Below are positions 10,509-20,844 of a stretch of DNA of 64,000 nucleotides, in pieces (position 1 is the first letter of the stretch; each line of letters starts with the position of its first letter). The translations under genes were made by a program, and so were the position numbers. The notes under the pieces are model-generated. The model did not search any database. It was not told the DNA's origin and saw only the letters and a list, made by a program, of their open reading frames with translations. Source of the stretch: Roseibacillus sp. (GTDB taxonomy: Bacteria > Verrucomicrobiota > Verrucomicrobiia > Verrucomicrobiales > Akkermansiaceae); contig JBPOGI010000001.1 in NCBI GenBank assembly GCA_051251855.1, positions 1,056,001 to 1,120,000 of the forward strand, read 5' to 3'.

Positions 10509-10940
10509 CTAGCTACCACTGGAAGAGCCACCAGCGGTCTGGGTTGCAAAGGAAATATTCCATACTCCGGCACGGGTGCAAACGTCCATCACACGCACCA
10601 CATGTTGGAAGTCGGTATCCGCATCGCCGCGAACACGGACGGGCTGGTCGCGGTCGACTCGGGTAATTGCGGAGAGCTTATCGAAGAGGGCTGTGTCGGC
10701 GACGAGTTCACCATTGACGTAGGTAGTACCGTCCGCGCGGACGTTGATGATGATTTCCAAGTAAGAACGGCTTTCGCGTTCTTTGCTATCAGTGGAAGAG
10801 GGAACGGAAACTTTGAGGTCGAGTTCAGCACGGGAAAATTGCCAAGTGACGATAAAGAAGATGAGCAGCAGAAAGACGATGTCGATCATGGGGGCAAGCT
10901 GGAAGCCTGCAGGCTCGGGTTCTGGACGTTTGAATTTCAC
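10509..10940 (-). CDS. exbD: ExbD/TolR biopolymer transport protein
   Basis: LAPMIDIVFLLLIFFIV TM with conserved Asp; VRGDA..FQ.VV.VMD; GTG start. Confidence 0.92.
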   Translation of the reverse strand: MKFKRPEPEPAGFQLAPMIDIVFLLLIFFIVTWQFSRAELDLKVSVPSSTDSKERESRSYLEIIINVRADGTTYVNGELVADTALFDKLSAITRVDRDQPVRVRGDADTDFQHVVRVMDVCTRAGVWNISFATQTAGGSSSGS

Positions 10941-10961
10941 AAGTAAGAGATGGGAAAAAAG

Positions 10962-11792
10962 TTACTGGCCTTGAGGTAACACCACATCTTGTGCGCCATA
11001 CATTTCGCCAGTAGGGGCGGGCATGGGTGCTTGTTGTGGCACGGGAGCCGTGGCAGGCGTCGCTTTCAACTGAGACGTTAGCAACGAGATGATGTGGGTA
11101 GAGGCGGCTTCGAACTCGTGAAGAAGGCGATTCACACGCCCTTTGAAGAAGGAGTGGAAAACCATAGCGGTGATGCCGATAACGAGACCACTCGCAGTGG
11201 TAACCAATGCCTCCGAGACACCGGAAGCCAATTGCATGGGGAGGTTGCCAGGGCTTCCTCCTTGGGAGATGAGCATGAAGGATTTGATCATACCAATGAC
11301 GGTTCCCAAGAGCCCCAGCATGGGAGCAATGGCACCGATGTCACCGAGCCATGTGATACGCTGAGCGAGAATGCCTGATTGGCGTGAACCTTCGGACTCA
11401 GCCACTTCCTTGATTTCGGTAGCCGAGGCGGCAGGGTTTTCGGTGACGAATTGCAGGGTTTTGGATGTCAACCTCGCGACCATCTCAGAGCGGCGATGGC
11501 TATAGGAAAGAAGGCCCATGAAGTCGCGCTTGCGCAACATTGAGTCTGCGGCATTCATGAAGCGATTGGTCACTACCGTAGGACGTCGAATCGTCAACGT
11601 GTATAGAATGATGAGGATGATAGCAATGAGCGCCATGGCAGCCAAGGGAATCATCATGATGCCACCTTCGCCAAGAATCTCGATGAGAGGGACTTTGGGA
11701 AGGGCTGTGCCGCCTTCGGAGGCCTCAGCAGGGGTGTCTTGAGCCATCGTGAGACCGCTGGACAGAATCAGGAGCAGGGGAAGTGATTTCAT
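10962..11792 (-). CDS. exbB: MotA/TolQ/ExbB proton channel protein
   Basis: IAPMLGLLGTVIGMI and GVSEALVTTA.GL motifs; start moved to ATG 11792 (MKSLPLLL signal peptide) to avoid the uvrC promoter. Confidence 0.92.
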   Translation of the reverse strand: MKSLPLLLILSSGLTMAQDTPAEASEGGTALPKVPLIEILGEGGIMMIPLAAMALIAIILIILYTLTIRRPTVVTNRFMNAADSMLRKRDFMGLLSYSHRRSEMVARLTSKTLQFVTENPAASATEIKEVAESEGSRQSGILAQRITWLGDIGAIAPMLGLLGTVIGMIKSFMLISQGGSPGNLPMQLASGVSEALVTTASGLVIGITAMVFHSFFKGRVNRLLHEFEAASTHIISLLTSQLKATPATAPVPQQAPMPAPTGEMYGAQDVVLPQGQ

Positions 11793-11959
11793 AAAGAAGT
11801 TCAGACCAAAGAATAGCAATTCCCAGCCCGTCTGCAAGAGCAGTGCGTGCTGCGAAGCTGACTGCGTCTTGACACTATTTCGACTGAAAAGCGTCTCTGG
11901 GTATTCAATTTGTCTGACGAGTAGCGGGTCTGTGCTATCGTTGCCTGAGAAAGCAGACA

Positions 11960-13513
11960 ATGGCGGTTGATTTGAAAGAACAGATGCGCACGGTGCCGCA
12001 CAAACCGGGGGTCTACCTCATGAAGGACCGATTGGGCTCAATCATCTACGTTGGTAAGGCGAGAGATTTGAAAAAACGGCTTTCGAGCTACTTCATGCCT
12101 TCAAAAAAAATGCGAGGTGACCTCAAGACACGGGCTCTCATCGACTCCATTTGTGATTTTGAAATTCATGTCGTGCGCAATGAACCCGAGTCGTTACTCC
12201 TAGAGGGCAAGCTCATCAAACAGTATCGTCCGCGCTACAACGTGGCCTTTCGTGATGACAAACGTTTTCTCTTGGTGAGAATCGACTTGGAGGATCCTTG
12301 GCCCAAATTCACCACCACGCGTCTCAAGAAGGAAGATGGCGCGCGCTACTTTGGTCCGTTTGCCCATTCGGGTGCGTTGCGTTCGACCTTGGCTTGGTTG
12401 CATCGTGAGTTTGGATTGCGGACCTGCCAGCCCAAGGTTCCTGGGGAGAAAGATTACAAGCACTGCAACGCGGATGTGATTCGAAACTGCACCGCACCCT
12501 GTGTGGGTAAAATTGAGCGTGCTGCCTATTTGACTCGAGCTGAAGAAGCGTGCTCTCTCCTAGAAGGCAAAGGGAGACGGGAGCGTCTGAAGGGATTGCG
12601 AATTGAGATGGAAGCTGCGGCAGTGAGGATGGATTTTGAGAGAGCAGCCAAGCTGCGTGATGTGATGCAGAACTTGGAAAAAACGCTGAGCCCGACACGA
12701 CAGTTTACGCGGGGTCGTGGAGTGCCGACGACAGTCAAACCGACCGAGGACTTGGAGGAATTGGGACGCTTAATGAGTTTGCCCGGGCCTCCTGAGATTA
12801 TGGAGTGCTTCGATATTTCGAACATCTCGGACACGCACATTGTGGCCAGCATGGTGCGCTTTCGCGGGGGCGCTCCAGACAATCAGAATTATCGCCGATA
12901 TCGGATCAAGACGGTGTCGGGCCAGGATGACTTTGCGAGCATGGCCGAAGTGGTCCGGCGGCGGTATGCGCGGATTTTGGCGGAAAACGGAGAGGCGAAT
13001 CCTGAGATTGCGGAGGCGAGTCAGGAACGACCTTTGGAGGCCTTGCGGCGTCTGGCGAGGGAAGGGAAGAGTCCAATTACGATTCCAGATCTGGTGATTG
13101 TGGATGGTGGAAAAGGCCAGCTCTCTTCAGCGGTAACGGAACTGGAGAGATTGGGGTTGGGAGAATTGACAATTGTGGGATTGGCTAAGCAGCGGGAAGA
13201 GATTTTCTTTCCGGGAGAAAGCGAGCCCCTTTTGCTTTCGCATGATACAGGTGCGCTGAAATTGATGCAGCGAATTCGTGACGAAGCGCATCGATTTGCC
13301 AATGGGTATAACGAATTGTTATTAAGGAAGCGAATGAAGGAGAGTCTACTCGATGAGTGCCCTGGGATTTCGCCGAGACGGAAAGCGGCTTTATTGAAGA
13401 AATTTGGTAGTGTCGCACGGTTACGAGAGTCCACCGCCGAAGAAATAGCGACCTTACCTGGAATTTCCGAGAAGGCCGCTGAGGGGATTTTAGAGTGGCT
13501 GGATAATCAGTAA
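11960..13513 (+). CDS. uvrC: excinuclease ABC subunit C
   Basis: GIY-YIG domain (PGVY..IYVGKA..L..R), Cys cluster, FE.AA..RD, ECFDISN, DGGKGQL, RDEAHRFA, HhH tail. Confidence 0.97.
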   Translation: MAVDLKEQMRTVPHKPGVYLMKDRLGSIIYVGKARDLKKRLSSYFMPSKKMRGDLKTRALIDSICDFEIHVVRNEPESLLLEGKLIKQYRPRYNVAFRDDKRFLLVRIDLEDPWPKFTTTRLKKEDGARYFGPFAHSGALRSTLAWLHREFGLRTCQPKVPGEKDYKHCNADVIRNCTAPCVGKIERAAYLTRAEEACSLLEGKGRRERLKGLRIEMEAAAVRMDFERAAKLRDVMQNLEKTLSPTRQFTRGRGVPTTVKPTEDLEELGRLMSLPGPPEIMECFDISNISDTHIVASMVRFRGGAPDNQNYRRYRIKTVSGQDDFASMAEVVRRRYARILAENGEANPEIAEASQERPLEALRRLAREGKSPITIPDLVIVDGGKGQLSSAVTELERLGLGELTIVGLAKQREEIFFPGESEPLLLSHDTGALKLMQRIRDEAHRFANGYNELLLRKRMKESLLDECPGISPRRKAALLKKFGSVARLRESTAEEIATLPGISEKAAEGILEWLDNQ

Positions 13514-13525
13514 AGTAAGTCACCA

Positions 13526-15643
13526 CTACTCAAGCGACTCGCCGGCTAACTTATCGCTCACCAATTTAATGAGATAGTTAGGAGTCAGTACTTCAGGCGT
13601 GATGTTCGGAACCTTCTTTTCCGGAGAGTAGAGCACATTTACAGGGATGGCTGAGCGACCAAGCTTGGTAAGTTCGGCATCGATTTCTTCGTTAGTCGTA
13701 GTTTTATCGGCCTTGAGGAAAAGAACGTTCCGGTTATTCATTAAGTCGACGACCTCCTGAGTATAAGCGTTCTTTTTGTTCACTTGGCAGGTGAGGCACC
13801 ATTTAGCAGTGAAGTCCACGTAGACAGGACGGCCCTCGGCAAGAGCTTCTTGCTCTTTCTCTTTTGTCCATTTCCCCCATTCGATAGTGACTACTTTCGA
13901 CTCGTCAATTGCTTGCCCTGGCTTGGCAAGAACAAAGCCAGCAAGGAAGAGCGCAAGCGTCACGCCGCGAGCAATCCACTTGGTTTTAGCTTTACGAATC
14001 GGGGTGGTCCAACGACCCCAAACCCATCCTGCTGCCGCAATCAAGGAGAGTCCAATCATCACGAAGAGTCCTTTTTGTCCGTAGTCTTGTTCGAAAACTT
14101 GCGCTGAATAAACCCAAAGCAGGTAACCAACGGTAGCAAACAGGAGGAAGGACATCCCTTGCTTGAAGGATTCCATCCAAGCTCCAGGGCGTGGGAGTTT
14201 TCTCACAAGGCCAGGGAAAGCTGAAAGGGTCAAGTAGGGAAGCGATAGTCCGGCAGCCATCACTGTGAAAGCCATAAAGAACCAGAAGGTTGGCAGGGCA
14301 ACCGCAGCACCGAGAGCGGCACCCAAGAAAGGAGCTGAACAAGGGGTCGCGACTACTGTTGCGAGAACGCCGGAGAAGAATGAACCTCCGAGGCCGTCTT
14401 TGCGGGTCAGATTGGAGCCGACTCCGGTTGCCCCAACTCCGATTTCGAAGACCCCATACATGTTCATGGCCAACAACAGCATCACGATGATGAGGGTGAA
14501 CATGACGTAGGGGTTCTCGAGTTGGCCGCCCCAGTTCTTGATACCTCCTAGAAGCATGATGAGAGTAAGCAGCCAAAAGCTTGCAAAGACGCCACCAGCA
14601 AAGGCGAAGCCATGCATCATGATCTTCTTACGGTCATGACCCGCTTGGTCAACGAAACCCATGATTTTGATTCCAATCACGGGGAAGACACAAGGCATGA
14701 GATTGAGAATCAGTCCGCCGACAAACATTCCAGTGAGGATGGGAAAGAGACTTGAGAAACTGACAGGAGTCTTTTTTTCCTCGGGAGTTCCAATCGAAGT
14801 TTCCACGAGATAGGATTGAGTGCCATCCGTTAGAATTCCTGTAAGTTGGTCTAACACAGGTCCCGGATCAGCGAACTCGTTCCCTTGGTTACGGGGGAGG
14901 TTGAGGGTGATAGTGTCGCCTTCCATGGTCGCGACGTGGGGGGCTTGCACGCTGACTTGGCCATCTTCGTCGAAAAATTTGAGACCGTCGGCATTGAGGT
15001 TTCCAGCAGGAGAAACGGTGACTGTGATGATGTTACTGACTTCGGTAGCCTTGATGTTGAAGTCCTTGGCTTCTGTGGGGTAGTGCGCGCGTGCTTTCTG
15101 GAATTCGGCAGTAAGAGAAGGGTCTGGAGATGATGTTGCGGTGATAGGTAATTTGAGAAATTGTTGTGTCTTCTCAGGGACGCAGCCTTTGTCGTCACAG
15201 ATTTGCCAACGAGAATTCAGGGTGATTTCGGCTGTTCCACCAGCGGTGAGATTTGCTGGGGGGGTGATTTTATAGAGATGGTGAACCGTCCCTTCGTAGC
15301 CGATTGTTTTGAAGCCAAAGGAGCTACTGAGGTGAGGGGTGGGCCATCCCAAGTATTCTGCAGTGAATCCTTCAGGGAGGGTCCACTCGGTGCTGAGGAC
15401 TTCACCAATGAGGCCCGTGTTGAGGTAGTAGCTATGCCAGCCTTCAGGATGGGTGAGCTTAAGAGCGACGGTGAAGGGTTGACCAGATGCGATAGAGGAG
15501 ACTTCAGAAAGGAGGCTAGCCTGGGTTTCCTCTTTCTTAGGTTTGCTCTTGGCACTGGGGAGACTGAAGGGATCGAAGTCATCAGCGGAGAGGAATCCAG
15601 TAAAAGGAATGAGGCTGAAAAGAAGAAGGAAGAGAATTTTCAT
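13526..15643 (-). CDS. dsbD: thiol:disulfide interchange protein DsbD family
   Basis: Signal peptide; N-terminal ICDDKGC; TM motifs NLMPCVFP and TPCSAP; C-terminal thioredoxin FTAKWCLTC. Confidence 0.9.
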   Translation of the reverse strand: MKILFLLLFSLIPFTGFLSADDFDPFSLPSAKSKPKKEETQASLLSEVSSIASGQPFTVALKLTHPEGWHSYYLNTGLIGEVLSTEWTLPEGFTAEYLGWPTPHLSSSFGFKTIGYEGTVHHLYKITPPANLTAGGTAEITLNSRWQICDDKGCVPEKTQQFLKLPITATSSPDPSLTAEFQKARAHYPTEAKDFNIKATEVSNIITVTVSPAGNLNADGLKFFDEDGQVSVQAPHVATMEGDTITLNLPRNQGNEFADPGPVLDQLTGILTDGTQSYLVETSIGTPEEKKTPVSFSSLFPILTGMFVGGLILNLMPCVFPVIGIKIMGFVDQAGHDRKKIMMHGFAFAGGVFASFWLLTLIMLLGGIKNWGGQLENPYVMFTLIIVMLLLAMNMYGVFEIGVGATGVGSNLTRKDGLGGSFFSGVLATVVATPCSAPFLGAALGAAVALPTFWFFMAFTVMAAGLSLPYLTLSAFPGLVRKLPRPGAWMESFKQGMSFLLFATVGYLLWVYSAQVFEQDYGQKGLFVMIGLSLIAAAGWVWGRWTTPIRKAKTKWIARGVTLALFLAGFVLAKPGQAIDESKVVTIEWGKWTKEKEQEALAEGRPVYVDFTAKWCLTCQVNKKNAYTQEVVDLMNNRNVLFLKADKTTTNEEIDAELTKLGRSAIPVNVLYSPEKKVPNITPEVLTPNYLIKLVSDKLAGESLE

Positions 15644-15752
15644 GAAGTGATTGATTACTACTACGATGAATCGAGAGCGATTTCATTCCCTGATTTCTGC
15701 ATTATCTTGCCATCGAGTTAGGAAAAAGTAGGTCTGGCTCAGATGTTCCCAT

Positions 15753-15779
15753 AAAAAAGGCCCGCCGAAGCGAGCCTTT
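15753..15779 (-). terminator. intrinsic terminator of the glycine-zipper lipoprotein gene
   Basis: Minus strand GGCUCGC-UUCG-GCGGGCC followed by U6. Confidence 0.85.
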
Positions 15780-15805
15780 CTAAAAGAGAGAGTTGAGGAA
15801 GGGTC

Positions 15806-16111
15806 CTAGTATTGAGGATAAACCTGCTGGGATTGTCCGTATTGCTGTTGCTGCTGAACGGTATAGCCTCCGCCTTGCTGGAGGTCTTTGTTATTCCCAA
15901 CCGCAGCGCCACCGGCGCCACCAAGAAGTCCGCCAATAGCAGCACCACGGGCACCGTTGCCGTCACCGACGTTGTTACCGATGATTCCACCGAGAATAGC
16001 TCCGCCGGCAGCTCCGACGGCAGCATCACGTTGCAGGTTGTTTTGAGGAGCGCAGTTGCTCAAAGCGATTGCGGCGACGACGGTCAGGGAGGCAGTAATG
16101 GTCTGTTTCAT
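15806..16111 (-). CDS. glycine-zipper lipoprotein
   Basis: Lipobox-like ALSNC; GAAGGAILGGIIG...GAAIGGLLGGAGGAAVG zipper. Confidence 0.85.
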   Translation of the reverse strand: MKQTITASLTVVAAIALSNCAPQNNLQRDAAVGAAGGAILGGIIGNNVGDGNGARGAAIGGLLGGAGGAAVGNNKDLQQGGGYTVQQQQQYGQSQQVYPQY

Positions 16112-16187
16112 AATAAATTTGAATTGTTTAAGGAATGTTAATCAAATACAGCTCGGCGTCAATTGCTTTTCGTGCCTGCTGTCTGGA

Positions 16188-17231
16188 TTATAAAACAGCT
16201 TTGGTTGGGAGTTTATTCAAGATTTCCTGAATCAATTTGGGGCCTTTGTAAATGAAGCCCGTGTAGAGCTGTAAAAGAGTGGCTCCGGCTTCCAGCTTTG
16301 CGAGGGCATCTTCAGCGGTCATGATACCACCGACTCCAATGATTGGAACTGATGAACCTAACTCGGAGTGAAAGGCCGCGATCGTTTTGGTCGAGAGTTC
16401 GGTTTCAGGGGCACCTGAAAGTCCTCCTTGTTCGGCGGCATATCGATGACCTTCCACTTTCTTGCGCTCGATGGTGGTATTGGTCGCAACGAGAGCGTCG
16501 AGGCCCCCGTCTCGAAAAACTTGGGCGAGCTCCTTGATATGATTCGCGTGAAGGTCGGGGGCCACTTTGAAAGCGATGGGAACGTTTCGGCTTGTGGTGC
16601 TCCTTAACTTTTCGCGCTCTTGTTGAAGCGTATCCAAGAGCCGAGCCGTCGAATCTGCAGCTTGGAGGTCCCGCAGACCTGGGGTATTAGGCGACGACAA
16701 GTTGACAGTGATATAGTCGGCCACAGGGTAGGCCGCACGGAAGGCGATGAGGTAATCGTCGACGGCCTTTTCGTTGGGTGTGGCCTTATTTTTCCCAATA
16801 TTGAAGCCGACTGGGCCTTGGAAGGTTCGATGATTGCGGACATTGGCGACTCCGATATCGATACCGGGGTTATTGAATCCCATGCGATTAATGAGTGCTT
16901 GGTGTTCAGGTAGACGGAAGAGTCGTGGTTGGGGATTTCCGGATTGGGGCCGAGGAGTGATGGTTCCGATTTCGATAAAGGAGAAACCGAGACGACCAAA
17001 AGCATCGATAGTGTTGCCTTCTTTATCAAGACCTGCAGCGAGTCCGACTGGATGGGCGAAGGTGAGGCCCATGCATTCCACCGAGTCGGTAGAAGGTAGT
17101 TTGGGAGCCATGGCTCCGAGCAGGCCTGACTTTTCAGCGATCCGAAGACTCGATAGCGAAATGTCATGAGCCTTCTCTGCGTCGAGGGTGAAGAGAAAAG
17201 ATTTGAGGAGAGGGTAGGTCGTCGTGAGCAC
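16188..17231 (-). CDS. pyrD: quinone-dependent dihydroorotate dehydrogenase
   Basis: GLAAGLDK, GNPQPRLFRL, INRMGFNN, NIGKNK, NLSSPNTPGLR, KVAPDL, GGLSG; GTG start. Confidence 0.97.
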   Translation of the reverse strand: MLTTTYPLLKSFLFTLDAEKAHDISLSSLRIAEKSGLLGAMAPKLPSTDSVECMGLTFAHPVGLAAGLDKEGNTIDAFGRLGFSFIEIGTITPRPQSGNPQPRLFRLPEHQALINRMGFNNPGIDIGVANVRNHRTFQGPVGFNIGKNKATPNEKAVDDYLIAFRAAYPVADYITVNLSSPNTPGLRDLQAADSTARLLDTLQQEREKLRSTTSRNVPIAFKVAPDLHANHIKELAQVFRDGGLDALVATNTTIERKKVEGHRYAAEQGGLSGAPETELSTKTIAAFHSELGSSVPIIGVGGIMTAEDALAKLEAGATLLQLYTGFIYKGPKLIQEILNKLPTKAVL

Positions 17232-17301
17232 GTGGCAAAAGCTTCAACAATATTGTCCCAAAAATCCAACCTCGTTTCGAAGAGCTGAGTCAGTAGAAGC
17301 C

Positions 17302-18693
17302 CTACTTGAAGAACTCGCGAAGAGCTTTCTTTTCGTCGGGATGCAGATCAGGAGCGACCTTCCAGATGAGTTCGCCGCCTTCGCCCAAATCTTCGACGGT
17401 TCCTCCGCCGCGCACGCCCACTTTACGCTCATCGACGCGGTGCTCGCCGTCTTGTAATTCGAGAAGGTCTCCGGGAAGAGTGTTTGAGAGGTCGCGCGAC
17501 TCGAGCCCCTCAAGGTCGCCCGCATCAAGTTCATCTCCCTTTTGCCCCAGCACGCCTGGTGCGGTTCCAGGCCCTCGACCGAGGCCTCCGTTGCCAGCAC
17601 CCTCTTGGCCTTCACCATCTTGTCCTTGACCCTGACCAGGGCCTTGTCCGTTGCCTTGTCATCCAGGGCCTCCTTCCTGCATGAGTTCGTCGAGCCACTC
17701 ATCGCCCTGTCCCTGACCTTCGCCGGGCTCTCCTTCGCCCCCTGCGTTTTGCATTTGCTGGGCTTGCTTACGCATGTTTTCGCGTAGCTGATCCATCTGC
17801 TCTTGAGAGAGATTTCCCAGCTTCTTGGGATCCATGCCACCGAGTTGTTTGAGCAACTCTTTATTCGGTTTCATTGCTCCGTTGTTCATCTTCTCAAGCG
17901 ACTGGTCAAACTCATCAAGAAGGCGTTCACGCGTTTCGGGGTTCATGCTTTCGCTATGATTTTGGAGAGCATTGAGGGCGCGCTCGGCTTTGCGTATGTC
18001 GCGTTCCAGTTCTTTGAGCTGCTGCTCGTGAGCCTCCTTAAGGCTATCGGTGGCTTCGAGCGAGGAATGGTCAAACCACTCTTCTTTCGGTTGCTCGCGG
18101 AGCTCTTCAACTTTCTCTTCAATTTCGTCGAGATAGTCCTCGTCAATGATGTCGTCCTTACGAAGCTCATCGATACTGGCCTGAAGTGCTTGCCGGTTGG
18201 CCGGCTCTTCGGGTGGGGCCGCGTTGGGATCGTTTTTAGCTGAAATCGGAAGAAAAAATGCAGCCGAAAGGAGCAGTAAGGTGGCGAGAGGAGGGATGAG
18301 AAGTCGAGGCCAATTCCAGCTCGTGCCATCGCTGGTCTCTTCGGCGACTTGGGGCCAAGGAGCGACCCCTTGTCTAGCTGCGGTGAGAGAGTTGTTTAAC
18401 GCCATAGCAGACTCGATGCGGACCAAGGCATTTTCCGTCGAAGTGAAATGTCGGCGAGCTACGAACCAGGCGATCAAGATCACAATGGCTAGGATACCAC
18501 AGGCCACTGCGAGGGAGGGCATCCAAGGAAAGGCGGCCCACTCTCGGCGAGCGAGCATGACGAGGCCTGCTCCCACGAGACCAGCGATGAGAAGGGGGAG
18601 AGAGAGCTTTTCCAAAAACCACGCCCAATTGAAACGCCGAGCCGTCGCCTTGGCGATTGCGAGCCAGCGTGATTGGACAGAACCTTCAGCCAT
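17302..18693 (-). CDS. membrane-anchored coiled-coil protein with Gly/Gln linker, interrupted by an in-frame TGA at 17659-17661 (recoding or nonsense)
   Basis: ORFs 17659..18693 and 17302..17553 share a frame; reading through TGA gives a continuous 463-aa protein (3 TM, coiled coil, GQG linker, GLGRGPG, C-terminal ALREFFK). Confidence 0.75.
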
Positions 18694-18762
18694 AGTGGAA
18701 ATCTAGTCGGAAATATCGAAAAGTCGAAGGGCTTTTCTTTGGTTAATAGTCACGATTTTGTG

Positions 18763-20628
18763 CTAGAGCCCCATCGGCTGAGCCGACTCCTCCTCTTTAG
18801 ACTTAGGCGCTTCATCAGGGACTAAGGCGTAGATTATAGTTCCGTCCGGCACGCTCGCGGGTTCATCGCTGGACTCGAAGGGCATCAATCCCTTTTCAGG
18901 ATGGTTTAAGAAGAGGACACGCGCAGAAGGCCCGTGCTCTCTGATGAAGTCTTCGAGAGTGAACTGCTCGGTAAGCAAAGTGTTCTTGATGACTGCTCCG
19001 CGTAAGGCAGTGGCTTCGAGATCGCGGAACTTGGGACCATTGAGGAAGCAGAGGCGCGCGCGTTGGCGATGGTCGACGGCCTTGGAGTGGTGGCCATCGC
19101 TATCGTAGGGAGTCAGTTGCCAGCAGTTAGCCTTTCCAAAAAGGTGCCCGAATTCTTGGGCAGCCATGGTGTTAATTTCATCGTTGGGGGTAGCAGCAAT
19201 GAGTTGGCCAATACCAGTGAGTTCGAGATTCTCTTCGGCAAATTCGGAGAGGATGTTGGCGCGAATGGCTGAGAGGCCTTCCATCTTTGCGGAAGATACG
19301 TTTTCGTATTTGGTATCTAACAGAAGCACTGGATGACCGTCTTCTTGGAGCGCTTTGGCGAGCATGCGAGTCCATTTGTCCGCGCCCGCAAAAAGGACCC
19401 CTCGGGTAGATTTGGCAGCGACTCCCAAAGCTCGTGCCATGGGCACCGCGAGTAGTCCGTAGATAAGAACTGTGCCAATAATCACAACGAAAGTCACGGG
19501 CACGAGTTGCTCGGCTTGCTCGGCGATACCTTCTGCTAATTTGTTGTCGTGAGCAGCATGAGAAAACTCGAGAGCGAAGATGGAGGCTACCGCAGCGGCA
19601 ACGATACCGCGAGGAGCCATCGCTGCGAGAAAGAGGTTTTCGCGAAAGGTGGTTTGCTTGGAACCTAGAGTAGCGATGAGAACCGAAGCAGGACGAACCA
19701 CTAGAACCAAAAGCGCTAGGAACATGAGTCCAGGAACGAGGGCGGACCGAAGTTCGCTCAACTCAATACGACCAGACAAGAGGATGAAAAGGAGAGAGAT
19801 GATTAGGACGCGCAGGTGCTCCTTAAACTCGAGGACTTGCTTAACGGAGACGCTTTTTTGATTAGCCAGCAAGATTCCCAAGACCGTGACGGTGAGAAGT
19901 CCAGACTCGGCCTGAATGGCATTCGAAATGGCAAAGGAGGCGGCTACGACTGCGAGGAGAAAGACGGATTCGAGGAAGTCGGGAATGAGGTGCCGCTTAA
20001 GAAGCTGCTCAATAATCTTCCCCAAGAAGAAGGCGAGTCCAAAGCCAACCACCAAAGTTAAGAAGAGCGCTTTTAGGAGATCGCCAATGGCATCCTGCAC
20101 CCCTGAAGAGATGGCAACCTGAAAGACGAGAACAGCAAGAATAGCTCCGATGGGATCAACAACAATGCCTTCCCATTTGACGATGGAAGCGACCTTCCGA
20201 GTGGGCTTAATGAGTCGCAGGAGGGGACCGATGACGGTGGGACCCGTAACGACAAGGATAGCTCCCAATAATGCGCAGACTCGCCAGTCCCAAGCAAAGA
20301 CGAGCTTGGCGGCGATACTGGTGAGAACACCTGCGATGACAACGGTCCATGTGCAAAGCCGTCGCACAGGGCTACCTGCTTCTTTTAGCTCCGAGAATTT
20401 GAGAGTGAGCCCACCTTCGAATAGAATGATGGCCACGAAGAGCCCTGTGATGGCGAGCAAGGTGGGTTCTGGAATGAACTCGTCAATGCGCGTGCCTCCT
20501 GTTGCTGCAGAAAGCCCAAATCCAAAAGCGAGTAGCAAGAGAATCGAAGGCAAGCGAAAACGCCATGCGAGCCATTGAGCTAAAATGCCGAGAGCGAGGA
20601 CTGCGGCGAGATAAGTAAGAGGGGTCAT
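18763..20628 (-). CDS. cation:proton antiporter (CPA1/NhaP-like) with C-terminal TrkA-N/RCK-like domain
   Basis: About 12 TM helices; ILFEGGL, VTGPTVI.P, EG...DPIG, APRGIVAA; soluble Rossmann-like tail. Confidence 0.9.
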   Translation of the reverse strand: MTPLTYLAAVLALGILAQWLAWRFRLPSILLLLAFGFGLSAATGGTRIDEFIPEPTLLAITGLFVAIILFEGGLTLKFSELKEAGSPVRRLCTWTVVIAGVLTSIAAKLVFAWDWRVCALLGAILVVTGPTVIGPLLRLIKPTRKVASIVKWEGIVVDPIGAILAVLVFQVAISSGVQDAIGDLLKALFLTLVVGFGLAFFLGKIIEQLLKRHLIPDFLESVFLLAVVAASFAISNAIQAESGLLTVTVLGILLANQKSVSVKQVLEFKEHLRVLIISLLFILLSGRIELSELRSALVPGLMFLALLVLVVRPASVLIATLGSKQTTFRENLFLAAMAPRGIVAAAVASIFALEFSHAAHDNKLAEGIAEQAEQLVPVTFVVIIGTVLIYGLLAVPMARALGVAAKSTRGVLFAGADKWTRMLAKALQEDGHPVLLLDTKYENVSSAKMEGLSAIRANILSEFAEENLELTGIGQLIAATPNDEINTMAAQEFGHLFGKANCWQLTPYDSDGHHSKAVDHRQRARLCFLNGPKFRDLEATALRGAVIKNTLLTEQFTLEDFIREHGPSARVLFLNHPEKGLMPFESSDEPASVPDGTIIYALVPDEAPKSKEEESAQPMGL

Positions 20629-20715
20629 ACGGTGAAGGAACTGTAGGAAAACAAGTTCTCTACGCGAGACCTAATCGGGTATCGCAGATTGTCTGTAATA
20701 TTCCCACTAGGACAC

Positions 20716-20740
20716 AAAAAAACCGCAGGATAAACTGCGG
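20716..20740 (-). terminator. intrinsic terminator downstream of tRNA-Glu
   Basis: CCGCAG-N6-CTGCGG stem followed by U7 on the minus strand. Confidence 0.75.
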
Positions 20741-20769
20741 CTTCTTTTGAATTACTCTTTATGAAAGAG

Positions 20770-20844
20770 TGGCAACCCGTAGGGGGATCGAACCCCTATT
20801 GCCAGGATGAAAACCTGGAGTCCTAACCATTAGACGAACGGGTC
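20770..20844 (-). tRNA. tRNA-Glu (anticodon UUC)
   Basis: 75 nt GACCCGT...ACGGGTTGCCA; anticodon arm CCAGG-TTTTCAT-CCTGG; T arm with GTTCGA; encoded CCA. Confidence 0.97.

Noticed and set aside
11793..11960. Long N-terminal extensions in the ORF track (exbB; likewise parA, clpB, BatA, nuclease, photolyase)
   Set aside because: They run into promoters, tRNAs or divergent genes; downstream ATGs give family-typical N-termini.
17244..17840. 198-aa alternative-frame ORF spanning the TGA (possible frameshift product)
   Set aside because: The in-frame continuation gives a coherent Gly/Gln linker and domain; this frame looks like a shadow and no slippery site was seen.
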